DNA of 61,123 bases, the filler included, from Globobulimina sp. (taxonomy: Eukaryota), in the NCBI GenBank assembly GCA_003354225.1. It is 15 parts of 15 records of this genome, joined end to end, with 100 filler letters (N's around TTAATTAATTAA, not from the genome) between each part and the next. Parts side by side here need not be neighbours in the genome. Positions count along the whole stretch, not along the records: positions 24,507 to 28,488 come from PIVH01001788.1; positions 28,589 to 32,569 come from PIVH01001789.1; positions 32,670 to 36,650 come from PIVH01001790.1; 12 more parts are not named here. One strand, given 5' to 3'. The translations under genes and the position numbers were made by a program. The notes below the pieces were generated by a model. That model ran no database searches. It was not told the origin of the DNA and saw nothing but the letters and a program-made list of their open reading frames with translations. Positions 24,507 through 36,750 of the stretch are shown here, piece after piece; the stretch's first letter is position 1; every line of letters begins with the position of its first letter.

Positions 24507-26562
24507 TTTGTAATGAACCTGGTATTGAACCAGCTGCAGAATATATTTCTATAAATTGAGGCAAACAATTTAATTTTGATGCTAATTTCTTTCGTAATAA
24601 ACCAAAATTCCATAAAGAACCGCATTCAAACGAATAAACATTGGAGGAATTCTTAATAAATTGATCAATATTATTAGCAGTGTTACTATGTGTTTTTAAA
24701 TATATTTTCTGTAATGATTGATATCGATTATGTGTAAGTTGATCGCTTGATAATTTAAAATTAATTTTAAATTTGTTATAATCAGAAATAAATGTTTCGC
24801 AAAATCTGTATGTTTTAGCTAATGTTTTACTTTCTTTTTCCATTATTTTTTGTTCAAAATATGGATGATTTGCATTAAATTGGAACACAAAAACTTGTTT
24901 TAAACATTTATCGCTGTGACAATCACTATTTAATACCTTTAGTACAGATAAAGATATTTTTTCATTCATATCGATATTCTTGGTTTTACCATGACCACTT
25001 TCAATGTATCCATCATATTTACAGTGTGATATACATGAACCATATGCATTTAATTCAGATAACTGATTTTTAAATTTCTTGTACCATGTCCGCCTATGTC
25101 GCAGTCGATTTGCTGTATTTAATGTATATTTAATATCAAAATGATTCTCAATGTAGTCGAATAATTGCATAAATGTCACATCACAGGAAATACAAATAAA
25201 ATTAACCACATCCAATCTTTGATCCATTATATCAAAATATTTTATTGTTAACAATGAATAATTATTATTATTTGTGGTTGGATAAATTACATTTGGTTTC
25301 GTTTTATTATTATTATTATGTTTATGTTTGATTAATTCGTTATATTTATACATATTGGAGATAATATGTGGTGTTAATATGGTTATATTTTGCATATCAA
25401 ATAATAAATATGGTCCTCGCATTGACATTGCATTTGAAGATGTAATCATTGGTGCTGCCCTCCAATGATATTTACAGGTTGAATCAAATCGAATCGATGA
25501 TTTGGCAGTATTTGAGATGGATAAATCTGTCAACTGATTGTAATTATTCATATCTTTTGCTGTGGAAATGGCAAATTGATAATCAAATGGATTATACTCA
25601 CAAATTAATTGTCGATGAATCGGAATATAAAAATATCTGTCCCATTCTTCATATATTGTTGATATTGGTATATTTGGGAAATATCTAGAAAATGACATAA
25701 AATGTTCATCATTTAATTTAAATAAATCTTTATTTTCAAAATTAATTAACTTATTCATATCATATACACCAATATTAAACTTAGACATTTCTTGTAAGCA
25801 AATTATGGCAATCTTAAAATTTGTTGCTTTAAACAGCAAAATATCTGTTTTTTGCAGAAAACCACAAACATTTACAATTTCTACACATGATAACTGTGTA
25901 AATCCTCTATAAACTGAAACATTGTGTGTTTGCTGCGTAGGGACATTGTCATGAAATGTAACGGATTTCCAATATTTTAGATACATTTTAGCATACGATA
26001 TTGTTGCTGGTCCTGGATAGCTTGGATTACTACTATTAATATTTGAAATATTTTGACATCTCTGTAGTGGCCAATCTTGCTTCCATTCTGGATATATAAC
26101 ATCCCAATGTTGCTCCATTTTAATTGCTTCGTCCATTGTAAATAAATCTAATTCTTTTGGTACATGATCAATAATAACAATATCATTATCATCACCATCA
26201 TCATCATCATCATCTCCATCATCATTGTTTATGTTTGTATTTGCATTTAATTTTATTGTTTTTAAAACGTTATAAATATTTATTAATTGTTTGCTATCGG
26301 CATTGGTAATAAAACATGATAAAATTGTATTGATATCACCAAATGCATTGATAAATTGTTGTTTGTTTGTTTCTAATAATTGCTGATCACAATGATTTTG
26401 TGCTTTATCCTGTTTATCTATGTCGTAATTAAATTCCATGCTTAATAGATGACGAACTTTCATCCACATTTGAATATGTTCATTGTCTCTATTTCCGGTA
26501 TAACAGCATCTTGATTTTTTTGCAATTCGTTTACGACGTGAATGTGTCAGACGAACAGGCAT
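24507..26562 (-). CDS. Large hypothetical protein with a possible F-box-like motif and USP7-type ubiquitin-like segments, 3' partial
   Basis: >680-aa ORF. LSCVEIVNVCGFL...ATNFKI is F-box-like, and LLTIKYFDIMDQRL resembles USP7 C-terminal Ubl domains. Confidence 0.55.
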
Positions 26563-26707
26563 TGTTTTTAGAAAATATTCAAAATTGTTTTTTCTGATTA
26601 TCCCTCACAGCCTCGAATCATGATTGAATTTTAACTACTATTATTTATAGTGGTTAATATGAGCTCGAGGGCATTAGAATATTCAAAATTAAGTATGTAT
26701 ACTCAAT

Positions 26708-27985
26708 TTAAATAATTTGCCAGAGTTTAACACAATTATCGTTTTGCAAGCCTCCGGAAGCAAACACAACAGGATCATTATCATTATGATTATGCTTAAA
26801 GTTTGTAGCAATAACCACATCATTATGTGCTTTAAATTTCTTTACAATATTTTTAGTTTGAATATCCCAGAAATATATATATCCATCTTCCGACCCACAA
26901 ACAATGCAATTCAGATTATTATTCCTTTTAATATTAATAAAGTCTGAAAATAAACAAAACTTCTCATTTTTATGCCCTTTATATGTTTTGACTGTTTTCG
27001 CAGTTTGAAAATCCCAAATCCTTATTGTATTATTCAATGTACCGCTTAATATATATTGTCCGTTTGGTGTCCATTTAGCAAACGATATTGGTGTTGGATC
27101 AAAACCCAATGTTTTAATACATCTCATTGAGGACATATCCCATCCTCGAATTAATCCGTCATAGCCTGCGGATAATAGCATTGTACCATCGGCACAAAAT
27201 GACAAACAGCACACTGGATCGCTATGAGCCGATAATATTTTTATATGTTTGGCACTGCGCACATCCCATAAAATTACTGTTTCATCAAAACTGCCGGACG
27301 CCATTATATTGCCCTGGCCGTTGAATGCCAAACATAATATGTAGTGGTTATGAGTAACATTCTTATTTATAGCCATATTGCTATTTTGCGTGACTTGCGG
27401 CACTTGTTTGCATTCTTCATTTGTGTTGCTGTTATTTGTGTTGTTTGCATTGTTGTTTTTGCTGTTTGCGTGCTGGTGCAAGGACGAATAGATTTGATTT
27501 TCAATAAAAATATCATGCAAAAACAACCCACCATTCATCTCTTTGTTGTTTAATAATTTTGTGTTAATATCTAAGTTGTTTGGCGATGGAAACAGATGGA
27601 TTGGTTTTCCTTTTTCAACATCCCACATAATAACTAATTGATTATCAGAACATGAACACATATAATTAGAATCCGATGACCACACAAAATCTGATATTCC
27701 CTTTGCATGACCTGATAATGTTTGGCATTTAATCCATTTGTTGGAGGAACATGATCTCGAATACAAATTGATAAAAGAGTCTGCAGCTAAGTCAATAAGC
27801 AACAATGTACAGTACATGTTAGTTGATAATAATTATTAAAAGAAACATACATTAACATTTTATGACATACAGCTTGATGCTAAAATACGTCCATTTGGGG
27901 AAAAGGATACTTTGCTTATTCCACGTTTATGATCTTTGATAGATTGGAGCGGATGAACTTGTAATTGACATGAAACGGTTGCCAT
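26708..27985 (-). CDS. WDR5: WD-repeat protein 5 (COMPASS subunit Swd3/WDR5)
   Basis: Intron 27787-27870. GHAKGISDFVWSSDS, AHSDPV, KTYKGHKNEKFCLF, GSEDGYIYFWDIQTK and NDNCVKLW match WDR5. Carries a long Asn-rich insert. Confidence 0.88.
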
Positions 27986-28060
27986 GCAGTGCTCACACAA
28001 GTGTAAGTTTTGGATGTTGGGTGAAACTTTAAATTCGAAAGATATTTTAATAGAAATTAT

Positions 28061-28488
28061 TCAAACGTTGGTACTATCAAAATACTTTTTACATTCAGCA
28101 AGTTTAGACTTATACACATCATTTATCTCAGGCTGATGGTTTGTCAATTTGTCATCCGTTAAAAATGTGAGTTGTCCAGAATCCAAATTAACAGAACATG
28201 AATGGCCAACAGCATGCAAATTAATGTGCGTATTATTCGTTTCTCTGCTTTTGTGATGAAAAGGGCATTCAATATGTCTCTTTTCATCAATCATTTCCGA
28301 TAATGTTTTCCATGATTTGTCACATTTAACTTTATGATCATATTTCTTATTTTTCCAAGCTATTTTTTGGCATTTTTTACTGCAGTAATATTCCTTACCA
28401 CATCCTTTACATATTTTCAATTTGCTTCGTTTCGTATTCCTTTTCCCACAAACTGTGCATCTCAATTTCTCCAAATGTTTATTTACTT
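28061..28488 (-). CDS. MYND zinc-finger protein, 5' partial
   Basis: CTVC...CKGC...YYCSKKCQKIAW...HKVKC. Confidence 0.88.
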
Positions 28489-28961
28489 NNNNNNNNNNNN
28501 NNNNNNNNNNNNNNNNNNNNNNNNNNNNNNNNTTAATTAATTAANNNNNNNNNNNNNNNNNNNNNNNNNNNNNNNNNNNNNNNNNNNNAAATCAAAAAAG
28601 CAAGCCAAATGACGAAAGAGTTAGTGTGCTGATACATAAAACACAACACAAAAAAAAAAAAAAAAGACAAGGTTCTGAAAAAAAAGTAGAGTGGGATGAA
28701 AAACTGTATGCGATGAAATGGTCGAACAAATAGCGGCGAATATGAATCACAGCTTGGATTTGGTTGGACCACTACGCGGAATTTTATTATTATACAAAAT
28801 ATGTAATACATAATACGTAATTTGTCGCGTAACCAACTAATTTTTGAATCGTTTGAACAAAGTCAAAATATATTGAAATCAAAAAAAGTGGGAATGTAAA
28901 TATTATAGAGAATACAAAATTAGATTAGATTTAACATAAACAATGCAATAATTCGCAATGT

Positions 28962-30104
28962 TTATAATGGGATTAATGACTGATTTTCAACTTCACTGTC
29001 TAATATTGCATCAGATGTAACATTATCAATTTGCTGATATGGCATAACATTATTTCTTTTGTTCACATAATGACAATATATATCTTCACATAATGATAAA
29101 CAGCAAGCAATTGCAACTAAAAATATACCAATAATTTCAAATGTATTTGGTGAATCTTGGAATACAAATGTTTGGTATAAATATCCAAAAATAATTATAA
29201 TGTATTCCAGCCACGCAACTTTTGTGGCATCGCCATATTGAAAACCAACCACATTCAGCGCTAAACCAATAAAACCCAATGTACCAATCAATAATAAAAT
29301 AATTATTGATTTAATATCAAATGACCATTCCGTAATAGCTAAACCACCAACAATTTTAATATGAAAAACAAATTCATTAAAGATCATCAATAATGGTATT
29401 GCAATAAATAATAATTGGGCAGCACTCGCAATTTCTAATTGTAAGAAATGTGCTTCTTTTGCTTTCCTAACTAACACAACCGATATGCTCCACGTAATTA
29501 ATGTAACAATCATTGATAAAACACCATCAATACGCAATGGTTCCATGTGTTGCGTTTCAAGTATTGCTGCATCAGAATTATTAATAATATTCGAATCATC
29601 ATATATTAATTTCGTATATATTTTGATTAAAAATGATGGTTGAGATATAAATAAAATGCCCGTTACTCCCAATGTAACAATTATAGGTGTTACTTTTGGC
29701 AATTTTTCATTTAAAAAAAACCAGGCAATTATTGCAATTACGATTGGTGACTGATAATAAATAGTTGTTGCGTCTCCAATTGGTAGTGTTATGAAGGCAT
29801 AATAGCCCGTTAACATACTTATTGTATACATCAAGCCTCTCAACCAAATATTTGTGATATATGGTTTGTCGCCATACCAATTTGTAGAATTATTTGGTTT
29901 GTTTAGCAACCACCAAAAAATTGCAATACCAAATTGAACAAAATACCTTCCGCTTAACAATTGTGATTCTTTTAAACCAGAAAATTTAACCATTGTATCA
30001 TTTGTTGCAAATAATAATTGGCCAAATGCAACACAACAACTTCCGATAATTGTGTTTCGAAGTGTTTCTGGTAACGAAGTAGTTTCTTTTTTATTGGTCT
30101 CCAT
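28962..30104 (-). CDS. EamA/DMT-superfamily transporter (SLC35G-like)
   Basis: About 10 TM helices, LPIGDATTIYYQSPI...AWFFLNEK, and a two-repeat architecture. Confidence 0.88.
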   Translation of the reverse strand: METNKKETTSLPETLRNTIIGSCCVAFGQLLFATNDTMVKFSGLKESQLLSGRYFVQFGIAIFWWLLNKPNNSTNWYGDKPYITNIWLRGLMYTISMLTGYYAFITLPIGDATTIYYQSPIVIAIIAWFFLNEKLPKVTPIIVTLGVTGILFISQPSFLIKIYTKLIYDDSNIINNSDAAILETQHMEPLRIDGVLSMIVTLITWSISVVLVRKAKEAHFLQLEIASAAQLLFIAIPLLMIFNEFVFHIKIVGGLAITEWSFDIKSIIILLLIGTLGFIGLALNVVGFQYGDATKVAWLEYIIIIFGYLYQTFVFQDSPNTFEIIGIFLVAIACCLSLCEDIYCHYVNKRNNVMPYQQIDNVTSDAILDSEVENQSLIPL

Positions 30105-30392
30105 AATAGTATGTTACCAGCACCCCGTAATAACAAAGGTGTAGCAACCGAATGATGGGGGTGTTATCTTTTGGAATATCTCGTTGAAACTTTATTAGAA
30201 ACACTCTATACACAGTGCCATGTACCGGTATAGTATACTGCGTTTAGTGGAAAAGTATGTTGAATAATTCAACTAGGTATGGCTGACTATGGCTAACTAT
30301 GGCACTAGAAAATACAGAAACACAAGAAATTATTTTCTATTGCTTGGACTCATGTTAAGTATATAACAATTGTCTGGTGATATATATTTAAG

Positions 30393-31832
30393 TCATTCAC
30401 GCAAAACAAAATCTGCACAAAGTCCATAATGATCCGATGGTAAAACAGACAAAATTTGATGCACTTCCTTTCCATTTCTTTTCGCAACTTTATGATAATT
30501 TAAATTTGGAATTGCTTCTCTTCCCACTATTTTTATTGATTTCAAAGTCAACTCATTATTGGCCTTCCTATACAAAATTCGATCCAATCGTCCGCTTAAA
30601 TTTGATGTCAACATAGCATTTGATGGGGCGTCATAAGTATAGCCAGTATCATTTGGATATATTTCTTTGTATCCATCAATCCAATATTCACTCAAATATT
30701 CAGTTATATCACCATCATTTTGTTTATATTTTGTCGGTTCACACCAATTGAAATCCGCACCAAATATAATATTATCATTCTTACATAAATTCCTATCATT
30801 TAACACATCCATACACATTTTTAACTCTTTTTTTCGATCACATGAATTTTTATTCGCATCTTTACCCACCGCTGATTTCAAATGACTGGTAGCAATATAA
30901 ACTATTTTATCATAATATTTTAATTTAATTGGAATCAAAATTAAATGTCGAATCATTGATGTTCGATTAAACTGTTTCCAATGCAATTGATTCGAATTAA
31001 ATTCATGTTTTGTTATAATAACATTCCAATATTTTCGATGTTTTGCACCAAATTGTGGTGCTAATAAATGACTAATATCAATGGATTGATATCCTCCATA
31101 TATAAACCATTTGCTTTGTTTTATCATTTCTAATGTCAAATATGTCACTTCTTGCAAACAAATAACATCGCAATTATTACATTCTATAATATCTCCAATG
31201 GCTTTAATACGATCCACTTGTCCTATTTTCGTATTATACCAAATATTCCATGTCAGAAATCTAAGAGTAATAAAGCAATGATTTTTGTTTTTATGTTGTG
31301 TCATTTTATTGATTTTAATCATTTTATCGAATGTTTGCTTTCTTTGATGGAAAAATAAATCAAAATCAATTTTATCACAGTCACTATTATCAATATCCAC
31401 TATTTCAAGCTCCTCATTTATTAATGTTTGCGTTTGATTATCATTCATAATAAATATCATTGAGTCTGTTTCATCATTGTTTTCTTTAATATTTGAATCA
31501 TTTTCGTTTTGTATATTATTTGATAAACAACCATAATTTATGTATGTTTGTAGTGATTTTAATGATGAACGCGGCTTTGAGCGAAATGTAACATTTGCAA
31601 TGTCATATTGATAGTAATTATAATATTTAAGTAATACATTATTTATTAGTATTGGAATATTAATATTAAGGAAAGATTCAATTCTTTTGATGTATCCATA
31701 CACAATATATTTAGATTCGTTTCGTTTGATATGTGTTGCAATTGGTTTTGTACATTTAGGTACTTTGTCTCTTAAGTATTGTAATGTTCTTTTTGGCAGT
31801 TTTCGACGGTATTCTATAATATCCACATCCAT
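30393..31832 (-). CDS. TDP2-like endonuclease/exonuclease/phosphatase
   Basis: FLTWNIW, DVICLQEV, SHLKS, FGADFNW, GYTYD, RLDRI and PSDHYGL. Confidence 0.85.
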   Translation of the reverse strand: MDVDIIEYRRKLPKRTLQYLRDKVPKCTKPIATHIKRNESKYIVYGYIKRIESFLNINIPILINNVLLKYYNYYQYDIANVTFRSKPRSSLKSLQTYINYGCLSNNIQNENDSNIKENNDETDSMIFIMNDNQTQTLINEELEIVDIDNSDCDKIDFDLFFHQRKQTFDKMIKINKMTQHKNKNHCFITLRFLTWNIWYNTKIGQVDRIKAIGDIIECNNCDVICLQEVTYLTLEMIKQSKWFIYGGYQSIDISHLLAPQFGAKHRKYWNVIITKHEFNSNQLHWKQFNRTSMIRHLILIPIKLKYYDKIVYIATSHLKSAVGKDANKNSCDRKKELKMCMDVLNDRNLCKNDNIIFGADFNWCEPTKYKQNDGDITEYLSEYWIDGYKEIYPNDTGYTYDAPSNAMLTSNLSGRLDRILYRKANNELTLKSIKIVGREAIPNLNYHKVAKRNGKEVHQILSVLPSDHYGLCADFVLRE

Positions 31833-32755
31833 TTTTCAGTATACAATTGATAAGTTTGCATTCAATACAGAAACGCTGTTCAAACCGTCGACACTGTAAA
31901 TGTTTTTTCGTTTTTGTAGGGTATGGAAAAGGATCGGAAAAGTTACTAAAAAGTTACAAAATAGTTACTCATAACTTTGTGATATATGTTACAAAATATT
32001 TATAATTTTGTGTTCATAGCCAACTATTTTTTATAAAATTGCACTATGTTTTATTTACAAACGGATATATGTCAAGTTATTGACGTACGCGTTTCTGCCA
32101 TTATACAATGGCTGCACAAATAGAATGATTATGAAAATATGTATAATAATAATATCATGTATTAAATACAACGCAAATAGATACCAATCAAAAGTAATAA
32201 TACAATAATAATTATACTTCATTGTTAACTTAATCTCATTCATTTCTGTCATTAAAAAATAAAAATGCACATATCCCAATACCACATAACAATGGATTTA
32301 CAGCCATTATATAAATAAAAATTCCAACTATGAGCATATTTTCTTAATGTGATGCAATTTGATATTTTTTTAAATCTTGTAATAACTGCTGATATTCTGC
32401 ACTCTCCGTGTTAACCGAATGAGAATCAAATGCATACATTAAACGTGGCTAATGCAGTCGACAGGTTTCTAATGCAATGCGTCCACGTACATAATACATG
32501 AAACAACACATCATCTGACCACATAATATAAATGTCATTAACCATAAAACAGTCCAATTAAAACTGCCCNNNNNNNNNNNNNNNNNNNNNNNNNNNNNNN
32601 NNNNNNNNNNNNNTTAATTAATTAANNNNNNNNNNNNNNNNNNNNNNNNNNNNNNNNNNNNNNNNNNNNGAAAACTACTCTATATTTGATTTGAACAAAT
32701 GATTTTTTTGCCACAAAATGTTTTTATTTCATGACAATTATTTTTGCTCGATGGC

Positions 32756-33198
32756 AATCCTGTGATTCAAACATTGTATAAAATACTTACTTTAAATAAT
32801 ATGTTTGATTTGGAAACAAAAACAAGAGAAAGTTGTACAGCCACTACCAAAGAGGTTTAGATGATTTATGACCACAATATATCATTGAAAACAACTCCGT
32901 TATTTCCAATATACATTACACCATTCCTCTACGGCTATTAATTAGAAACACTTCTAGCAAACAAATAATAAACCTGGTTCTCACAACTATAATGAAATCA
33001 ATAATTAACAATTATCTCTGCAAATGTGAGTGTTAGGGTTTGATCATCCGTTCTAATTATATGGCATTTGCTAGCAATGCCAACCATGATACTGTACACT
33101 TTCTCTTTTTTTTCCTTTTTTTCGCATATGTACATATAATTTGATTGGTGAACAATGTGACTTTTTTATAGTTTATACAATGTTTGAATCACGGGATT
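32756..33198. mobile_element. Non-coding ~443-bp element bounded by 27-bp inverted repeats (MITE-like)
   Basis: 32756-32782 AATCCTGTGATTCAAACATTGTATAAA versus the reverse complement of 33172-33198: 26/27 identical. No clear target-site duplication. Confidence 0.5.
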
Positions 33199-33318
33199 AC
33201 TCAATACCCATCAAAACGCGATATGATTATACACTAAAAAGAGGTGAATAGAAATCCGGGAGATCATTTCAAAAAGATTCCATGGCATTTGCTAGCAATG
33301 CTAATCATGATACTGTAC
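33061..33318. repeat. 37-bp direct repeat, two copies (33061-33097 and 33282-33318), with palindromic core TTGCTAGCAA
   Basis: 35/37 identical; each copy is followed by a pyrimidine tract. Confidence 0.85.
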
Positions 33319-33426
33319 GCTTTGGAACTCTCTTTCTTTTCTTTTTAGTGATAAAATTATAGGATGCAATGTATTTCTCTGTCAAGTTTATATATAATAT
33401 ATACATTTACGAAAAAATAAATAATG

Positions 33427-34349
33427 TCATCTGTTTGTAGTGGCGTAAAAAGCCAACAACATCCTTTCTGGCACTTGTTCCGCCGAATCTGCTCTCAAAA
33501 TAAAGGCCCAATCTGCCTTAGAACTCACTGGAATGAAATTTGGTAACTTTTCTATCATTGCAAAGATTCCTTTTGATTCAGGATTTAGATCCACTCTCAA
33601 ATCAATTTCAATATATCTCTTCTTTTTACTTTGAAAACATTTTGAATTTGCGACGTCTAATTTATTTCGAGTGTTCTTTGGCATCATAGCGGAAAACATT
33701 TGCGGCACTTCTTTAACAGCAACATTGACATCAAACATTTCTAATTTCTTAGCAGCGTCGCCTTTTGTTCCTTAATTAAGAAATTAATGTTTTATTCCGA
33801 GGATTTTTGTTACGGACAACCAATTTTGTTGAATGCATTATTATCATACCGTTTATTTTTAAAAAATCAGCCAACAAAACGTATGCTGGTTCGGTGTGAT
33901 ATTGTTTTATTTGATCCAAATCAATAATATTGTACGCGACAATTGATCGTTTAAATGGTGGATATTGCAAATTAATCACAATCAAAAATTCATGGGATTG
34001 TAAACTAACTGTTTCATATAGTTGTGGTCGCACAGAAATAATATGGTTAATTACCGTATTTGTTTTCACTTCTTCAACTTTTAACAACTTTGCAATGGGA
34101 TTTGCGACTTCAATGCTTTGTTGTGTCTGCAAAAAAAAGATTAGATTGTTCAAGGTTAATGCATCTAAACTGTAAAATAATTTGGACCATGAAGCCATAT
34201 CGGAGATTGTAATCTCTTCCACTTTAATTAAATCAATATCAATATTTATGCCAGTAAAAGATAAATGCATTACATACCACAAACCCACTGCATAAACTTG
34301 CAAAGAGAAGTATGAATGTGAATGTGATGCATATTTGCTGTGCTGCCAT
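33427..34349 (-). CDS. EDR2 C-terminal (DUF1336)-like domain protein
   Basis: FLIVINLQYP, RYIEIDL and DWAFILRADSAEQVPERML. Intron 33771-33849, plus a probable short first exon from ATG 34349. Confidence 0.62.
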
Positions 34350-34400
34350 GCAAAAAATCACTAAGCTAAGTTTTGCGGCTAGCTTTAATATCAATCGTCA

Positions 34401-35930
34401 ATGATATCATCATCGCCTGGAATCATCAGCATATGCATCATCAGCATCTGGTTTCTTTGTTGTTGTGTTGAACCTGCTTTTAATGATAGATTTGTTGAAG
34501 TTGAAGCTGATGGAAGTCTCATATCACACTATCCCGAATTATCACTAACAGACAAATTTGAGGTTCAATTTGAAAATAAATCGGGATATGATTGTATTTT
34601 GTATTGGGCCAATTCAAGAACAGGTGCATACGTTGAACAGTCAGAGATGTTGTTCCCTTCTTTCACCACAATTGGGACATTCCCAGGACATTTATTTATT
34701 TATGCATTGAAATCGGATCCAAGTGTCATATTATATAGATTTACAATGTCGCCATACATAAATATTGTTACTTTATTACCCAAACAGCGAATGGATACAA
34801 TAAACGACAATGACAAACTGCAATTTTATAAACATTATTATGTCCAAACAGGCCGACATTGGCAAAATTATTATCCACGAAATCCGTTAATTTATTCATA
34901 TTTAAATATAACACATATGGGACAGACCATTTATGCGTATTCAAATCATACCAAATATTACAAAATGACGCCAGGAATAGAAACAGTATTAATTTCCAAT
35001 AATAACAGCTTCAGTGAACAGTTAACGGCGCATAAAGCATCCACGCAGTCTCATTGTGGCAACTTACAATTAGCAGACATTGACCACCATGAATTTGAAC
35101 ATAGTCATCATTATGTTTTAACATATAATCACACCGAATTTTATCGCAATAAAATAGATGAAAACGCTTATAAATTAAACGTATTATGCACAGCGCCAAA
35201 CGTCGTCCAAATACTTGACTTTTTGAGCGACGATGAATGTGAACACTTAATATCATTGGGACTGCAGTCTGAAATGTTGAGGTATTTAAATATGTAATTT
35301 TTATATGCATTGCATATATTTTTACTGCATTTTTGAAGGTCAACTGTTGGCGAAACAAAGTTAACAAATCTGGCAAGAACGAGTTCGCATATTTGGCTCC
35401 ATAGAGATTTATCCAAAATAGTGGATAATGTAATAAATCGCATCGGTGATATGGTTGGCATTGATGGTTCTGTGTTGCACTCAAATTTGAGTGCAGAAGA
35501 TTTGCAGTTAGTACATTACAATGAAGGGGAATGTTACAAACGACACTATGATTACGGCACAGATCAAGAAAATAACCGATATGTTACAGTTTTGTTGTAC
35601 TTAAATGAGGTGGGATATGGCGGTAATACATCATTTCCAGTGGCAAGTAAGGAATGTAAAGAGAATAATAATTATTTTGGAGTGCGACCAATCAAAAGAA
35701 GTGCAGCGGTGTTTTATAATATGTTGCGAGATACAAATGTTGATGTTTTGTCCCAACATGAAGCTGAACAGCCTGTTAATGGCAGTCATAAATGGATGAC
35801 TAATTTAGTATGCTTCTTTTTTGTCTTATACTTTATTGCAATATTTCTTGTTATATATATATATATTCAGTGGATATGGGATCCGTATTTTAAACATGTG
35901 TTTAGTGGCCATGGCTATGAGAGCAATTAA
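34401..35930 (+). CDS. Secreted prolyl 4-hydroxylase-like 2OG-Fe(II) dioxygenase with N-terminal VHL-beta-like domain
   Basis: Signal peptide; introns 35282-35338 and 35808-35870; FLSDDECEHLI, RTSS, HYD, LLYLNEV..GGNTSF, HEA and KW motifs. Confidence 0.85.
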
Positions 35931-36336
35931 ATGGTTCTTGATTCTTGATTGGAGTGGATTCGATTTCATTTGCAATGAATATAAACATTAAATATATTCA
36001 AACATACTCATACCTGGACATGTTTTATTTTGTGAGTTCGTAATTTCAACCAAAAATTAACGTTTTTCAGCTGTAATTGCCACCAAATGGAAAATTTCAA
36101 AAATGTTTCTGGTGCAAAAATATCCTATACTGTATATTGGGAACTTTTGTAAACGTTTTTCACCATTCAGCTGAGGCTAATTCCTTTTCGAAAGATTATT
36201 TCCAAAACTTCGACATTGATAACTTATTAACATTTGTTTTACAGTTCTCACTACTACACTAACTTCACATTTTTCCCACATTACCATCCCCTTTTTTTGT
36301 ATCGTTTCGTTCGACCACGAATTTATTAATTCGTGA

Positions 36337-36650
36337 ATGGAGAATCATCATCAAAAACACCCAAACGATGATAAAAATAGCAACACTGCCACACCAAGCA
36401 TTGATTTTAATTTTTTTTTAAACACAGAAATAAATGACAGTAATAACTGCGTAGTAAATGAATGCAAATCAGTTCAAAGAGTGACGAAAGCGTTGATGTA
36501 TTACGAAAGCTTAAATAACACAAAGAATGAGAACAGTAACGGACAGGCAATATTCAGTGCGTTTTTAGTGGAAATTTATAAACATTATTTAGATGATATT
36601 TGTCATATTGTTGTAGGGCATGACGGCGATTTGGAAGTAATCAATAATTT
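36337..36650 (+). CDS. N-terminus of a multicopy lineage-expanded hypothetical protein
   Basis: Paralog of 24035-24406; the contig breaks inside it. Confidence 0.6.
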
Positions 36651-36750
36651 NNNNNNNNNNNNNNNNNNNNNNNNNNNNNNNNNNNNNNNNNNNNTTAATT
36701 AATTAANNNNNNNNNNNNNNNNNNNNNNNNNNNNNNNNNNNNNNNNNNNN

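Noticed and set aside
27476-27485. 9/10 match to the intronic decamer inside the WDR5 Asn-rich insert
   Set aside because: The frame is open through it and no convincing frame-preserving intron was found, so it was not counted.
30279-30305. Short TATGGC-containing tandem, and GTTAC repeats near 31940-31995
   Set aside because: Too short and degenerate to support any function.
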